This document shows, piece by piece, positions 30,062 to 40,281 of a stretch of 64,000 bases of DNA. The stretch is from Bradymonadia bacterium (lineage in GTDB: Bacteria; Myxococcota_A; Bradymonadia; UBA7976; UBA1532). The stretch spans positions 1-64,000 of the forward strand of contig JBKAGE010000077.1 in assembly GCA_046290225.1 (NCBI GenBank). The letters run 5' to 3'. Numbering within the stretch: position 1 is the first letter of the stretch; every line of letters starts with the position of its first letter. The notes beneath the pieces are model-generated. The model had not been told where the DNA came from, did not search any database, and was given only the letters and a program-made list of their open reading frames with translations. Position numbers and translations under genes: made by a program.

Positions 30062-31168
30062 TCAGTCGAGCTCGCACTGACCAGGCTCCATGGCCTTGAT
30101 CCAGGCCTCGACCACCTGAATGCCAGGCTCGTCGATCTGCAGGTTGGGAATCTCGGGCATCTTCTCGTCGGGGTTCGTCGAGCGCATGCGGAAGATCATG
30201 ATGCTGCTCTCCGGGGCACCGGGATCGATGTCGAAGCTGAAGCCCCCAGTGCCCGAGCCCGCGGCGACGGGGCTCTTGCACAAGCCCACCTTGCCGAGAT
30301 CAGTCTCGTGGGCCAGCAGTACGAGGCCCGAGCGACCGCCCTTGCCACCGGGACGGTGACAGTGGGCACAGTTGGCGTGCAACCATGAGCGTGCTCGATC
30401 TTCCACCGAGCCGTCACCGTACGGATCGACCAGCGGGGTGGCCTCTGCGGCGGACTTCGGCGAAGAGAACAGGCCCTGGGCCGTGAGCCAGTCCAGCTGG
30501 CTCACCGTCTCGCCATCGCGCACCACCTGGCGATCGAGCTGATAGGCCGCCATGCCCAACAAGTGCAGATCATCATCGTCACCCCGGGCGTGACAGCTGG
30601 CGCACTGGTTGGTGTTGGGCACGATGTAGGGCTGCTCCACCGGTGAGCCATCAGCGCCGGTGTACCGCATCGTCAGACGCTTGCCCGCCACGGTGCGCAC
30701 CGCCTCGGTCTGTGCTTCATTCCAGACATAGGTGTGCACCGACCACTCGTCGGCTTCGCGGATCAGAAGCCGGGTTTCCAGCTGGTACACCGGAGAGTCG
30801 GCGTTCCCTTTGTCGAGGTGGTAGCCGAAGCTCTTGATCACCACCGTGCCCACTGGGGCAGCCCACTCTTCGTCGCCGTCTGATTGGAACGTCTTGCCTT
30901 CGGGCAGGTAGACGTGACGCGCCTTGGCAGTGTCGTCGGACCACAGCGGCGCCGCGGGCTCGTAGAGCACCACCCCTGGTGCAGGGCTCAGGCCTGCGAG
31001 GGTGCCGTCGCTCGCCGACAAGAAGAACCCGTAAGCAGACAGGTTGTCGTAAGGCAGCTCGCCGCTGAGATCAGGGCGAGATGCTGGCGCTTCAGTGCCC
31101 TCGTCGTCGCTGCCGCACGCCGAGAACGTCAGGGCCAGCAGTGCCATCCAAATCGCGTGTCGACCCAT
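30062..31168 (-). CDS. SO2930-like diheme c-type cytochrome lipoprotein
   Basis: Lipobox FSAC, LSAYGFF, PLWSD, ETRLL, NQCASCH, NCAHCH. Confidence 0.85.
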   Translation of the reverse strand: MGRHAIWMALLALTFSACGSDDEGTEAPASRPDLSGELPYDNLSAYGFFLSASDGTLAGLSPAPGVVLYEPAAPLWSDDTAKARHVYLPEGKTFQSDGDEEWAAPVGTVVIKSFGYHLDKGNADSPVYQLETRLLIREADEWSVHTYVWNEAQTEAVRTVAGKRLTMRYTGADGSPVEQPYIVPNTNQCASCHARGDDDDLHLLGMAAYQLDRQVVRDGETVSQLDWLTAQGLFSSPKSAAEATPLVDPYGDGSVEDRARSWLHANCAHCHRPGGKGGRSGLVLLAHETDLGKVGLCKSPVAAGSGTGGFSFDIDPGAPESSIMIFRMRSTNPDEKMPEIPNLQIDEPGIQVVEAWIKAMEPGQCELD

Positions 31169-31170
31169 GG

Positions 31171-32484
31171 CTACTCTCGCGTGAACGAGAGCGTCGTGCC
31201 CTCGCAGGCCATGGCGCCGAGCTCGAACTCGAGGGTCACCCCGTCGCAGAAGTTGAGGTTCACAAAGGCCGTGGCGTCGGTCTCCGAGAGGCAGAGGTCG
31301 AGGGGGTTGTCCATGGGCGAGCCCTCAGGGAAGCAGCCGTCCCAGATCACGTCGGAGCCCGTGTCCGGCAGGGGCAGATCACCGAGGATGCCCTGCGGGT
31401 CGAGGCCGTTCTCGGCGTAGACGTTGTCGTGGATGTAGTTGCCCGACCCATACAGATCGAAGTTCTCGTCGGTGTTGGGGCCGAAGATGGCCTCGATGTA
31501 ATGCACCGAGACGATGCCTGCGGAGATGTTGCCGGTGATGTTGTTGTCGTGGATGTCGTTGTCGTCCGCAGAGAGCAACAGCAGCCCGAGGCCCGGGGGC
31601 ACATTGGCCACGATGGTGCCTGCCTTGGCGAAGTTGGGCAGGTTGTTGTTCTCCATGCGGTTGTTGTGCACCTTCGTGCGGGCGCCGCCCTGCATGGGCA
31701 GCCCCGGCAGGTTGAACACCAGGATGCCCGCGGTGTTGTCGTGGGCGTAGTTGTTCACCACGTTGGCGTCGAGAGAGTTCTCGATTTCGATGCCGGCGAC
31801 GTTGCCGCGGGCCTCGCTGTCGGCCACCAGGATGTTGGTGGACTGCCCCACGTAGATGCCCGCGTCGGAGGCGCCCACGGCCAGCACACGCTCGATGGTC
31901 ACCCCCTGACACGTGACGGGGTAGAGCCCATAAGCCCCGTTGTCAGTGCTCTCGGGCTCGGTCCAGATGACCGAGAGATCGCGGAAGGTGATGTCGGACA
32001 CCCCCTCGGCGAGGATGCCGTCGCCGGCGGCGTTCTGCACCTGGAGCAGCTCCACGGTGACCCCGTCACCGGTGATGGCCACGCCGTTGGCGCCGAGGGT
32101 CTGGTCATCGAAGTTGAGGATAGTCTCCTCAGCCCCCTCACCCTTGAGGGTGACGTTGTCCACGGCGAGGGAGATCTCGGCATCGAAGCGGAAGGTCCCT
32201 GCAGCCATGCAGATGGTGTCGCCGTCATGAGCCTCGATGAAGGTGGTCTGCACCACCTCGGTGTCGAAGTCGCCGCTGGGCGTGAGCAGGTGATCACACC
32301 CGTCGGGCAACATCACCTCACCACCAGCGCCGCCGGTCATGCCCCCAGCACCTCCGGCCATACCGGCAGTCCCGCCAGCACCTGCAGTGCCTCCGCTGTC
32401 TCCGTCGTCGTCACACCCTGTGAGGGCCAGAGCGGCAATGCATGTGCTCAGGAAGATGCGGCTGGATGTGCTACGGCGGGCCAT
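31171..32484 (-). CDS. Parallel beta-helix lipoprotein, usual partner of the SO2930-like cytochrome
   Basis: LTGC lipobox, NGAYGLYPV, GASDAGIYVGQS, NVAGIEIENS. Confidence 0.85.
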   Translation of the reverse strand: MARRSTSSRIFLSTCIAALALTGCDDDGDSGGTAGAGGTAGMAGGAGGMTGGAGGEVMLPDGCDHLLTPSGDFDTEVVQTTFIEAHDGDTICMAAGTFRFDAEISLAVDNVTLKGEGAEETILNFDDQTLGANGVAITGDGVTVELLQVQNAAGDGILAEGVSDITFRDLSVIWTEPESTDNGAYGLYPVTCQGVTIERVLAVGASDAGIYVGQSTNILVADSEARGNVAGIEIENSLDANVVNNYAHDNTAGILVFNLPGLPMQGGARTKVHNNRMENNNLPNFAKAGTIVANVPPGLGLLLLSADDNDIHDNNITGNISAGIVSVHYIEAIFGPNTDENFDLYGSGNYIHDNVYAENGLDPQGILGDLPLPDTGSDVIWDGCFPEGSPMDNPLDLCLSETDATAFVNLNFCDGVTLEFELGAMACEGTTLSFTRE

Positions 32485-32560
32485 CGGTACACCTCTGTCA
32501 ATCGTGAAAATGTGAAGGTGTGGGGAGTATGCCGTATGTCTGTACTGGAAGTCATGTGTC

Positions 32561-32615
32561 TGAGCGGACGGCCGTGCTTGCGCACCGCCTGTAGCGGACG
32601 GCCGTGACCGTCCGC
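32561..32615. repeat. Short copy of the REP-like element
   Basis: TGAGCGGACGGCCG-hairpin-CCGCCTGTAGCGGACGG, homologous to 18778-18817. Confidence 0.8.
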
Positions 32616-32617
32616 CC

Positions 32618-33382
32618 TCAAGGCTTCGAGCCCACCACGATGTACTGATGGGGCAGCTGGGCATCTTTCATCACGTGAGCTTTCAGTCCGCCGGCTTCGA
32701 GCTCTTTCACGATGACCTCTGGGGCCAGACGGTGGTGCTTCGGCGGGCCGAACGGGCTGTCCATCGTGAAGTCCACCACGAAGATCTGACCGCCGGCCTT
32801 GAGCCCTGAGGCCAGCTTCGCGCTGTACGCCCCTCGATCGCTGATGTGATGCCACACATCGAGGATCACCACTCGATCGACGGCGCCAGCGGGGAGCATC
32901 GGATCATCAGGCGCCACCTTGCTGACCTCCACCATGGCCATCTCGGCGCCGGCTTTCTTCGCGCGAGCTTGCATGTGGGTCACGAGTGTATCTTCGATGT
33001 CGAGGGCGAGCACTCGACCCTTGGGGCCCACCGCCCGAGCCATATAAGGCAAGAGGTAGCCCGTGCCTGCGCCCACGTCGGCCACGGTCATGCCTGCCGA
33101 AATCTGCATGCGTGAGGTGATCTCCGCAGGCTTCTGCCACGCGTCTCGCTTGGGATCATCAAAGACTTTGGCCCACTTCTCGGCGTCATCGAAACGATGA
33201 TTCATTCCGTGGCCCGCGTGGCCGCCGTGATTGTGACCGGCGTGTTTCCCATGACCATGAGGCTGACTGTGCGGCTGACTGTGGGACGGTTGACTGTGGG
33301 GCTGTGACGCAGGGGGCTCGGCCATCACCGCCCCCGCCCACATCATGTTCGAGGCGAGCAGGCCATAGAACGAAACTCTCAT
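32618..33382 (-). CDS. Class I SAM-dependent methyltransferase with signal peptide and His-rich linker
   Basis: VADVGAGTGY, RDAWQKP, SQPH repeats and a His/Gly tract. Confidence 0.85.
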   Translation of the reverse strand: MRVSFYGLLASNMMWAGAVMAEPPASQPHSQPSHSQPHSQPHGHGKHAGHNHGGHAGHGMNHRFDDAEKWAKVFDDPKRDAWQKPAEITSRMQISAGMTVADVGAGTGYLLPYMARAVGPKGRVLALDIEDTLVTHMQARAKKAGAEMAMVEVSKVAPDDPMLPAGAVDRVVILDVWHHISDRGAYSAKLASGLKAGGQIFVVDFTMDSPFGPPKHHRLAPEVIVKELEAGGLKAHVMKDAQLPHQYIVVGSKP

Positions 33383-33419
33383 CGTGGCGTCTCCTGTACC
33401 AGTGCGATACTCAAGAGCG

Positions 33420-33441
33420 ATGTTGCTCGAATGGGCAACAT
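33420..33441. promoter_or_regulatory. Palindrome between the divergent methyltransferase and LysR genes
   Basis: ATGTTGC-N8-GCAACAT. Confidence 0.5.
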
Positions 33442-33474
33442 TCAAACACATTTACAACCATGATGAGGTTTTTC

Positions 33475-34395
33475 ATGAGCCAGGTGGACGCCGCAGAGCT
33501 GCTCTCGGGCATGGTGATCTATGCAGCGGTCGTCGACAGCGGCAGCTTCACGGGTGCGGCAGAGCGGCTGGGCATGAGCAAGTCCACGGTGAGCAAGGCC
33601 ATCGCTCGACTCGAAGATCGGTTGGGTGTGTTGTTGCTCAATCGCACCACCCGCAAGCTGGCCCTCACCGAGGCCGGGCAAGGATTCTACCAACGGTGCA
33701 CTCGCGTCATTCAAGACGCCGAGGAAGCCGAGTTGTCGGTGAGCAGCCATCAAGTCGATCCCAAGGGCACACTGCGCATCACCGCCCCGCTCAGCTTCGG
33801 GTTGCTGCACCTGAGCCCGGCACTGCCGGAATTCATGAGTCGATACCCCGAGATTCAGGTGGAGATGTCGCTCAATGATCGGTTCATCGACCTCATCGAC
33901 GAGGGCTTCGATGTAGCGGTTCGTATCGGTGAGCTCGCCGACTCTTCCCTCATCGCTCGACGCATCGCCCCGTCTCGCGTCACCATCGTCGCCTCACCGG
34001 GTTATCTCGCTGAGCGCGGGCATCCCAACGATCCCAGAGCGCTGGTCGATCACGATTGCCTCATCTACACCTACACACGGCAGCCGAAGATCTGGTCATT
34101 CGCCAGCCCGGAAGGGCCGATACAAGTACACGTCGATGGTCCGCTCGCCGCGAACAACGGCGACATGTTGTATGCAGCAGCCCTCGCTGGCCGTGGGATC
34201 GCCCGTTTGCCCACCTTCATCAGCTGGCGGGCACTCTCAGAAGGGACTCTGGTTGAACTTTTTCCAGATTTTCGATTTACCGGTTCTGCCTATGCAGTGT
34301 ACCCGCACAACCGTCATGTTTCCGCGAAAGTGCGTGTATTTGTTGACTTCCTCGTGGAGAGGTTCGGCCCCGAGCCCTACTGGGATGCCCTCTGA
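33475..34395 (+). CDS. LysR-family transcriptional regulator (CrgA-like)
   Basis: GSFTGAAERLGMSKSTVSKAIARLEDRLGVLLLNRTTR, DLIDEGFDVAVRIG. Confidence 0.95.
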   Translation: MSQVDAAELLSGMVIYAAVVDSGSFTGAAERLGMSKSTVSKAIARLEDRLGVLLLNRTTRKLALTEAGQGFYQRCTRVIQDAEEAELSVSSHQVDPKGTLRITAPLSFGLLHLSPALPEFMSRYPEIQVEMSLNDRFIDLIDEGFDVAVRIGELADSSLIARRIAPSRVTIVASPGYLAERGHPNDPRALVDHDCLIYTYTRQPKIWSFASPEGPIQVHVDGPLAANNGDMLYAAALAGRGIARLPTFISWRALSEGTLVELFPDFRFTGSAYAVYPHNRHVSAKVRVFVDFLVERFGPEPYWDAL

Positions 34396-34482
34396 GACAG
34401 CTTGAGACCCAAAAACCACTCTGGCCTACATGTAGGCACAAGTGGCATAATCCGTTTTGAGCTGTTGACCAGAGAGAGGGAC

Positions 34483-36609
34483 ATGGCCAATCACATCAAA
34501 GCGATCACCACGGATGTTCACGTGGTGATCGAAGCCAGCGCGCTGGGCCGCTCTGTCAAAGAGGCCCTGGACGCCAACGTCGAGCACCTGCCCCGATGGC
34601 AACACGCCGCGGCGTCAGGTGATCCTGCGGGCCACTTCCTCATGGGCCGATGCTTTGAAGAGGGTGTGGGCGTAGAATCGGACTGGATCACCGCCATGGC
34701 CCACTACCGCGCCGCATCAGAGCAAGGTGATCCGTTGGGGCACTTTGCGCTGGCCCGCATGCTGGAGCAGGGTCGCGGCGTCGATCCGGACGAGGCGCGG
34801 GCCCGCGTGCTCTATGATCGCGCAGCGCAAGCAGGCCTGTCCCTGGCCCAGGTGAACCTCTCGCTGATGCTGCAACAAGGCCGAGGTGGTGACCGTCAAT
34901 CCACGACGGCCCTGTCCTGGATGCAAAAGGCGGCTCAGGACGGCAACCGGGTGGCGCAATGCAACCTCGGGGTGATGCTCGAAGCCGGCGAAGGGATCAC
35001 GCGCGATCTTCATCAAGCTCATCACTGGTACAGCCTGGCAGCGGAAGCAGGGTACGGACCCGCATGCTTCTGCCTGGGGCTCCTATATCAAGAGGGCCAT
35101 GGGGTGACCGCGGACATGGACGCCGCCCGCACGTGGTTCGAGCGCGGCGCGCAGCTCGGAGACACCGGTGCCCAGTTCATGCTCGGGGTGTCACTGCTCG
35201 AGAGCGAAGGTGAAGACGGAGACGCCGCCGCTGGCGCTCAATGGATCCGCACGGCGGCGATTCAGGGTGATGCCGATGCCGCCTGGCGCTACGGCCTGTG
35301 CTTGATGACTGGTCAGGGCATCGACGCCCACCCTGAAGAGGGCCTCAGATGGCTGCGGCGAGCAGCCAATCACGGTCAGGTGGACGCCCTCTACGCCCTC
35401 GGCGTCGCCTACGCCCGTGGAGACGGCGCCCCCAAGGACATGCATGCTTCTCTGGAGTGGTTCACCAAGGCCCGCAAGGCTGGCCATCCTCAGGCCGCTG
35501 ACGCGGAGCAGGCGGCGAAGGCGGCCATCAAAGCCCACCGCCCGGTGGAGCGGGCCCAGGGATTGACGACCCTGCTCGCCGACGAATCGGTGCCACCGAG
35601 CCGCTGGCAGATCGAAGCAGCGCACGTCATGGACATGGCCTCGAAGTCCACCACGGAGATCGTCTCGGCCATGATGGTGCACCTGCTCCCAGCACTGTCG
35701 CTGGAAGATCCTGCCCGGGCCCACTTCGCGGCGCTGCTCTGTGGCGCTCTGGTGGAGCAAGGGGCTGATCCGGAGCCCGCAGCACACCTGCTCGCCGAGC
35801 GCCTCACCCTCTCGGTGGAGGCCATCGACTCCGCGGTGAAGCTGATGGAGGCCCTCGATCCCATCGACGACGCTGAGCTGCACGCAGCTCAGGTGGAGCG
35901 CCGTCTCGAAGCGCTCAGAGAGGCCCGCCCCGATGTGATCCACACCTGGGATCACCTCGACGCCCTCTGCCGGGCTGTGGTGACGGTCTGCTCAGCCTTC
36001 GAGCCCCTCAGGGACGATCTCCTCGGCCGAGACTCACTGTGCGCGCGTATGGACGCCGCCCGAAGCTTCCACAAGGGCCTTCGAGACATCATGCGCCTGC
36101 TCGAAGCGCCGAGACGACGTCCCATACGGGTGGTGTGGGAGCGCTCGGTCTTCGAACTCGAGATCACCGGTGTGGTGGACCTCTTCCAGCTGCACGTGCT
36201 CCTCGCCGATGCCCTCGGCGGTGGTGACGACGAAGAAGACGAGGACGAGCCCCCTCTGATGCCCGCTTCGGTGGTGGCCACCGCTCAGGGTAATGGCCCG
36301 CAGCACACCGACGAGACGGTGGACGGGGTCTTTGATCTCTACGGCTGGCGCGCACTGCCCGAGGTGCTTCACGGGCATCAAGTCAGTCACCGCTTCTGGC
36401 TGATGCACGAGAGCGCCCTCGACGCGGTGCCGGCTTTCGAAGGGGTGCCCACGTTGATCCTGGCACCGGCGAGCATCGTGCGAGCCTGGAAGAACGTGCG
36501 CTACTTCGAGCGCCTGGCAGCAGGCATCGACACCCTCAAGCCCCTGCCCCCTGCAGAAGCAGAAGCCCTCATCGATCGCATTGTTCAGGCCTCTTCGATC
36601 AAACACTGA
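34483..36609 (+). CDS. Sel1-like repeat protein with unknown C-terminal domain
   Basis: Repeated A..LG..Y..G.G...D...A..W...AA..G units across the N-terminal half. Confidence 0.85.
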   Translation: MANHIKAITTDVHVVIEASALGRSVKEALDANVEHLPRWQHAAASGDPAGHFLMGRCFEEGVGVESDWITAMAHYRAASEQGDPLGHFALARMLEQGRGVDPDEARARVLYDRAAQAGLSLAQVNLSLMLQQGRGGDRQSTTALSWMQKAAQDGNRVAQCNLGVMLEAGEGITRDLHQAHHWYSLAAEAGYGPACFCLGLLYQEGHGVTADMDAARTWFERGAQLGDTGAQFMLGVSLLESEGEDGDAAAGAQWIRTAAIQGDADAAWRYGLCLMTGQGIDAHPEEGLRWLRRAANHGQVDALYALGVAYARGDGAPKDMHASLEWFTKARKAGHPQAADAEQAAKAAIKAHRPVERAQGLTTLLADESVPPSRWQIEAAHVMDMASKSTTEIVSAMMVHLLPALSLEDPARAHFAALLCGALVEQGADPEPAAHLLAERLTLSVEAIDSAVKLMEALDPIDDAELHAAQVERRLEALREARPDVIHTWDHLDALCRAVVTVCSAFEPLRDDLLGRDSLCARMDAARSFHKGLRDIMRLLEAPRRRPIRVVWERSVFELEITGVVDLFQLHVLLADALGGGDDEEDEDEPPLMPASVVATAQGNGPQHTDETVDGVFDLYGWRALPEVLHGHQVSHRFWLMHESALDAVPAFEGVPTLILAPASIVRAWKNVRYFERLAAGIDTLKPLPPAEAEALIDRIVQASSIKH

Positions 36610-36677
36610 TCTGACGAAGACCCCCGGACCTCTGAGACCGCGACTCAAATGTGATAGTTTGTTAGACCGTTGGCCTG

Positions 36678-39626
36678 GTGCGCACACCGCGCATCCGGGC
36701 ACTGAGCGGAGAGGTCGCCGCGGTGAGCGCGTCACATGAAGGGCCGGACCACACCGGCGAGCTCGAGCTGGAGCTCGAGGTCGTCGAGCGCACCGGCCCC
36801 AATGGCCCCCTGGGAGAGCGCCGCGGTGGTGTGTTGGAGCAGTCTGGCTCGGTGATCCTCGACGGCCTCGACGACGAGGAAGAAGACGAAGACGACTCGG
36901 TCACCGCAGCCATCGACCCCCTCGAACTGCCCGACGATCTCGACGGGCCGCCACTGCCTGGCCCCTTCGGTGAAGCCGCCTTTGCCGACAGCGCTTTTGA
37001 AGAGGACGAGCCCACAGCCCTCGCCGACCCCCTGCCCACGCCAAAGCCACGTGTAGACGCGCTCCTCGAGCCGCGCCCCACACCTCCGGCCAGCCGTGGC
37101 CTGCTGCTGCCCACCCCTGCACCTGGCCTGCAGAGCCCACCAGAGGAAGAGGCGGAGAAGACTCGAGACTCCACAGCCCGGGCAGCGAGCAAGCTCACGG
37201 GGAGTACCGGCATCGAGCAGCCCTCAAGTGGCTCTGCCCCAACCTCTAAGCCCGAGCCCTCCATCGAGGCGGACTCTCTGGTGCCCAACGCCCCGGCGGT
37301 GAGCGCACCGGTGATTCGCACCGGTGACCTGAACTCGCAGACGGCGGCCCTTGATCCCCTCGATCTGCCCGAGCCAGAGCCGGACCCCTCTGAAGATGTG
37401 TCCCAGCCTGTGCCCCTCGACGCGCTCACCGGCGAGTCCACAGAGGTGCCGCGCAAGTCTCCCTTGTCCTCTCTGCTCAGCGATGAAGACGACGAGGAAG
37501 AAGAGCCTACGATGGCGCAGCTCCGGGAGCCGGCGCCGGCGCCAGTGCTGCCCCCAGCCGACGACTTCGTGCCCAAGCTTCCCGCCGCCTTTGCACAGGA
37601 TCCGTCTCTCTTCGGCGACTCGATGCCCCCGGACGCCGGTGAGCTGCCCACGCCAGCACTCCCCTTGAAGTCGGCCTCTGCTCCAGTGGCGGGGCCTGCG
37701 GCGCTCTCTTCCACGACCCCAGCGCCCTCATCGGCCCTCGTCTCTCCCGCCCCGAAGTCGGCCCAGGTGCTCGCTCCACCGCCTCTCCCCGACGATCCCA
37801 AACCCCGGGTCTCTCGGGTCGCGCCGACTCAACCGCCGATGCCGGCCCTCAAGGCGCCTCAGAGCGCCCCTGCCGCGCTGAAAGCGCCGGCGACGGCAGA
37901 TGAGATGGGTCCTCGGGTGGTCTACGCCGACGGTGAAGATCACAGCGACAGCATGGACGGCGAGGTCACCTCGATCTACGAGACGCAGCCGCCCCCGAGC
38001 CTGCCTCGAGGGCGGCTGACCCTCATCGGTGGTGAAGAGAGCGGGAAGGTCTACTACCTCAATCGCCCGCAAATCCGCATGGGCCGAGGCAACGAGAACG
38101 ACGTCGTGCTCCTCGACATCGCCGTCAGCCGACACCACGCCCGCATCGAACGCCACGACGCCGGGTTCCGGTTGAGCGATCTCGACAGCGGCAACGGCAC
38201 GATGGTCAACGGCGCCCGCATCCAACGAGCAGAGCTCTACGACGGTGATCGCATCGAGGTGGGCAACATCTTGATGGAGTTCGCCACCCAGGGCGAGGCG
38301 CGCCGACGCCCTACGGCAGAAAAGCACCCGCCTGCCCCAACGACACCGCACGAGCAGACAGATCCGGGCCGGCAAATCGTCGGCCTGGCCAAGGGCAAAC
38401 GCCGCCCACCGCCCCCCGTCTGGCTGGTGTTCCTCGGTACCTTCGTGGTGATCACGGCGCTGACTCTTCTGGTTCAACGATCATTGATGAGCGATCGCGA
38501 GGCTCCAGAAGATCCGGCCCGCATCAAAGCACGCAGCTACTACGATCGCGCCGAGGCGGCGATGAGATCACGCCAATGGACCGAGGCGTTGAACAACCTG
38601 GCCACGGCGGCAGAGCTCGCACCGGAGATTTATCGCGAAGGTGAGCAGAAGAAAGCCCACACCACGCTCATCGCCGAGATCGAAAAGGAGCAGGGGCACA
38701 AGACGGTGCTCGAAGAAGCGACGGCGCTGGTAGAACGCGCCACACCGGAGGCGCTCAAGAGCCTGCTGGGCGGGATCCCACAAGACAGCGTGTACTACCC
38801 CGATGCCATGCGCCTCGTCGATCGCGCGCAGCGACTCACCCTCGACGCCCGCACCAAAGAGGCAGAGCGCCTGGCCCACGCAGGTCTCGTAGCGCAGGCT
38901 CTGGTGATCACCGAAGAGGTGCTCACTCGGGCACCCACCCACGAGGGGGCCCGAGCCCTGGGCGACATGCTCAAGGCGGCGGTCCGTGAGGGTGCTCCCC
39001 CTGCAGAGCTCGCCAAGAGCATGGGCCGGGCAACGCCGGCTGATCAACGGGCGCGCCGGGATCTCGCCGATGCCCTTCGGCTCTATCGCGACATGCGCTT
39101 TGCCGGGGCCCTCGCCGCCCTGGAGCGTGGGGTGGCCCGCAAGCCGTCACGGGCCCTCAAGGCCCGACTGCTCAAGCGCGTAGACAAGCTGAAGGCTTTC
39201 ACCATGGCCTGGGAGGCTGCCGAGCGCGCCATGAAAGGTCGCCGCGCCGAAGAGGCCATCACCCACCTGAGTCAGGGATCAGCCATCGATCAGGAGCTCG
39301 GGGGCTTCTTTGCCCAACGCATTCACGAGAAGCTCGCCCTGCTGCACTACATCCGAGCCAAAGAGGCCTATGATCGAGGGCAGTGGCAGGTCGCCCGGCG
39401 ACACAATGATCGCGTGCTCACCTTCTCGGCGGCCGATGACAACGGGCGCAAGCTCAGGGCCCTGCTGGTGAAGAAAGCCCAGGACCTGCTCTACCGGGCA
39501 CAGAACATCTCGCTCAAGAGCCCGAGAGAGGCCCACACCCTCGTGCGGCAGGTGCTCAACATTGCCCCCCAGAGCAGCGACACCTACCAGAAGGCCTACC
39601 GCCTGCTGCAGCAAGTGAAGCCCTGA
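36678..39626 (+). CDS. FHA-domain membrane protein with Pro/acidic N-terminus and TPR-like C-terminus
   Basis: GR...D.AVSRHHA...DLDSGNGTMVNG FHA motif, single TM, helical repeats. Start position uncertain. Confidence 0.8.
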   Translation: MRTPRIRALSGEVAAVSASHEGPDHTGELELELEVVERTGPNGPLGERRGGVLEQSGSVILDGLDDEEEDEDDSVTAAIDPLELPDDLDGPPLPGPFGEAAFADSAFEEDEPTALADPLPTPKPRVDALLEPRPTPPASRGLLLPTPAPGLQSPPEEEAEKTRDSTARAASKLTGSTGIEQPSSGSAPTSKPEPSIEADSLVPNAPAVSAPVIRTGDLNSQTAALDPLDLPEPEPDPSEDVSQPVPLDALTGESTEVPRKSPLSSLLSDEDDEEEEPTMAQLREPAPAPVLPPADDFVPKLPAAFAQDPSLFGDSMPPDAGELPTPALPLKSASAPVAGPAALSSTTPAPSSALVSPAPKSAQVLAPPPLPDDPKPRVSRVAPTQPPMPALKAPQSAPAALKAPATADEMGPRVVYADGEDHSDSMDGEVTSIYETQPPPSLPRGRLTLIGGEESGKVYYLNRPQIRMGRGNENDVVLLDIAVSRHHARIERHDAGFRLSDLDSGNGTMVNGARIQRAELYDGDRIEVGNILMEFATQGEARRRPTAEKHPPAPTTPHEQTDPGRQIVGLAKGKRRPPPPVWLVFLGTFVVITALTLLVQRSLMSDREAPEDPARIKARSYYDRAEAAMRSRQWTEALNNLATAAELAPEIYREGEQKKAHTTLIAEIEKEQGHKTVLEEATALVERATPEALKSLLGGIPQDSVYYPDAMRLVDRAQRLTLDARTKEAERLAHAGLVAQALVITEEVLTRAPTHEGARALGDMLKAAVREGAPPAELAKSMGRATPADQRARRDLADALRLYRDMRFAGALAALERGVARKPSRALKARLLKRVDKLKAFTMAWEAAERAMKGRRAEEAITHLSQGSAIDQELGGFFAQRIHEKLALLHYIRAKEAYDRGQWQVARRHNDRVLTFSAADDNGRKLRALLVKKAQDLLYRAQNISLKSPREAHTLVRQVLNIAPQSSDTYQKAYRLLQQVKP

Positions 39627-39665
39627 CCCCGGAATACTCGACTACAGCCCACTTGCATCTTATGA

Positions 39666-40243
39666 GCGCCGGCCAAGCGTTGTACTGGGCTGTGGCGGGC
39701 GTTGTGGCTGGGGCTTTGTAGGCAGTCATCGCTTCGCTCTGCCTGCGTAGGCGCCCGGCCTTCGGCAGTCCTACGGACCGCCTCGTCTGGCGCGTACACG
39801 TCGGCATACTCGCTGGCGCGAGCAGGCCTCCGGGTAGGCAGGGTCGCTCAATGCTGACGCATTGATTGCTCGCTCCCCTGCGTAAAGAGTTTCTTCTGTA
39901 TCTCGTTGCTGAACCCCGCCGGGATTCGACCTACCGCGAACCTGCAAGCTTCTGAACATCGAACGCTCGGCGAAAGCCCCAACAGCATTGGGAATGCCCT
40001 CAAAGCCACACCAGAACTGACTTTTTACGCAGGGGAGCGAGCGAGAAGGGCGAAGCCCTGAGCGACCCTGCCTACCCGGAGGCCTGCTCGCGCCAGCGAG
40101 TATGCCGACGTGTACGCGCCAGACGAGGCGGTCCGTAGGACTGCCGAAGGCCGGGCGCCTACGCAGGCAGAGCGAAGCGATGACTGCCTACAAAGCCCCA
40201 GCCACAACGCCCGCCACAGCCCAGTCCAACACATGGTCAGCGC
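39666..40243. mobile_element. Long inverted-repeat element (MITE/REPIN-like, non-coding)
   Basis: 39684-39850 is the exact reverse complement of 40059-40225. Inner arms 39868-39886/40024-40042, about 130-bp spacer. Confidence 0.7.
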
Positions 40244-40281
40244 CTTGAGGGAAACTTCATCTCAATGTGAGGGGAGTCAGG

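Noticed and set aside
39890..40020. Intact tRNA in the spacer
   Set aside because: The T-stem does not pair and no cloverleaf can be built
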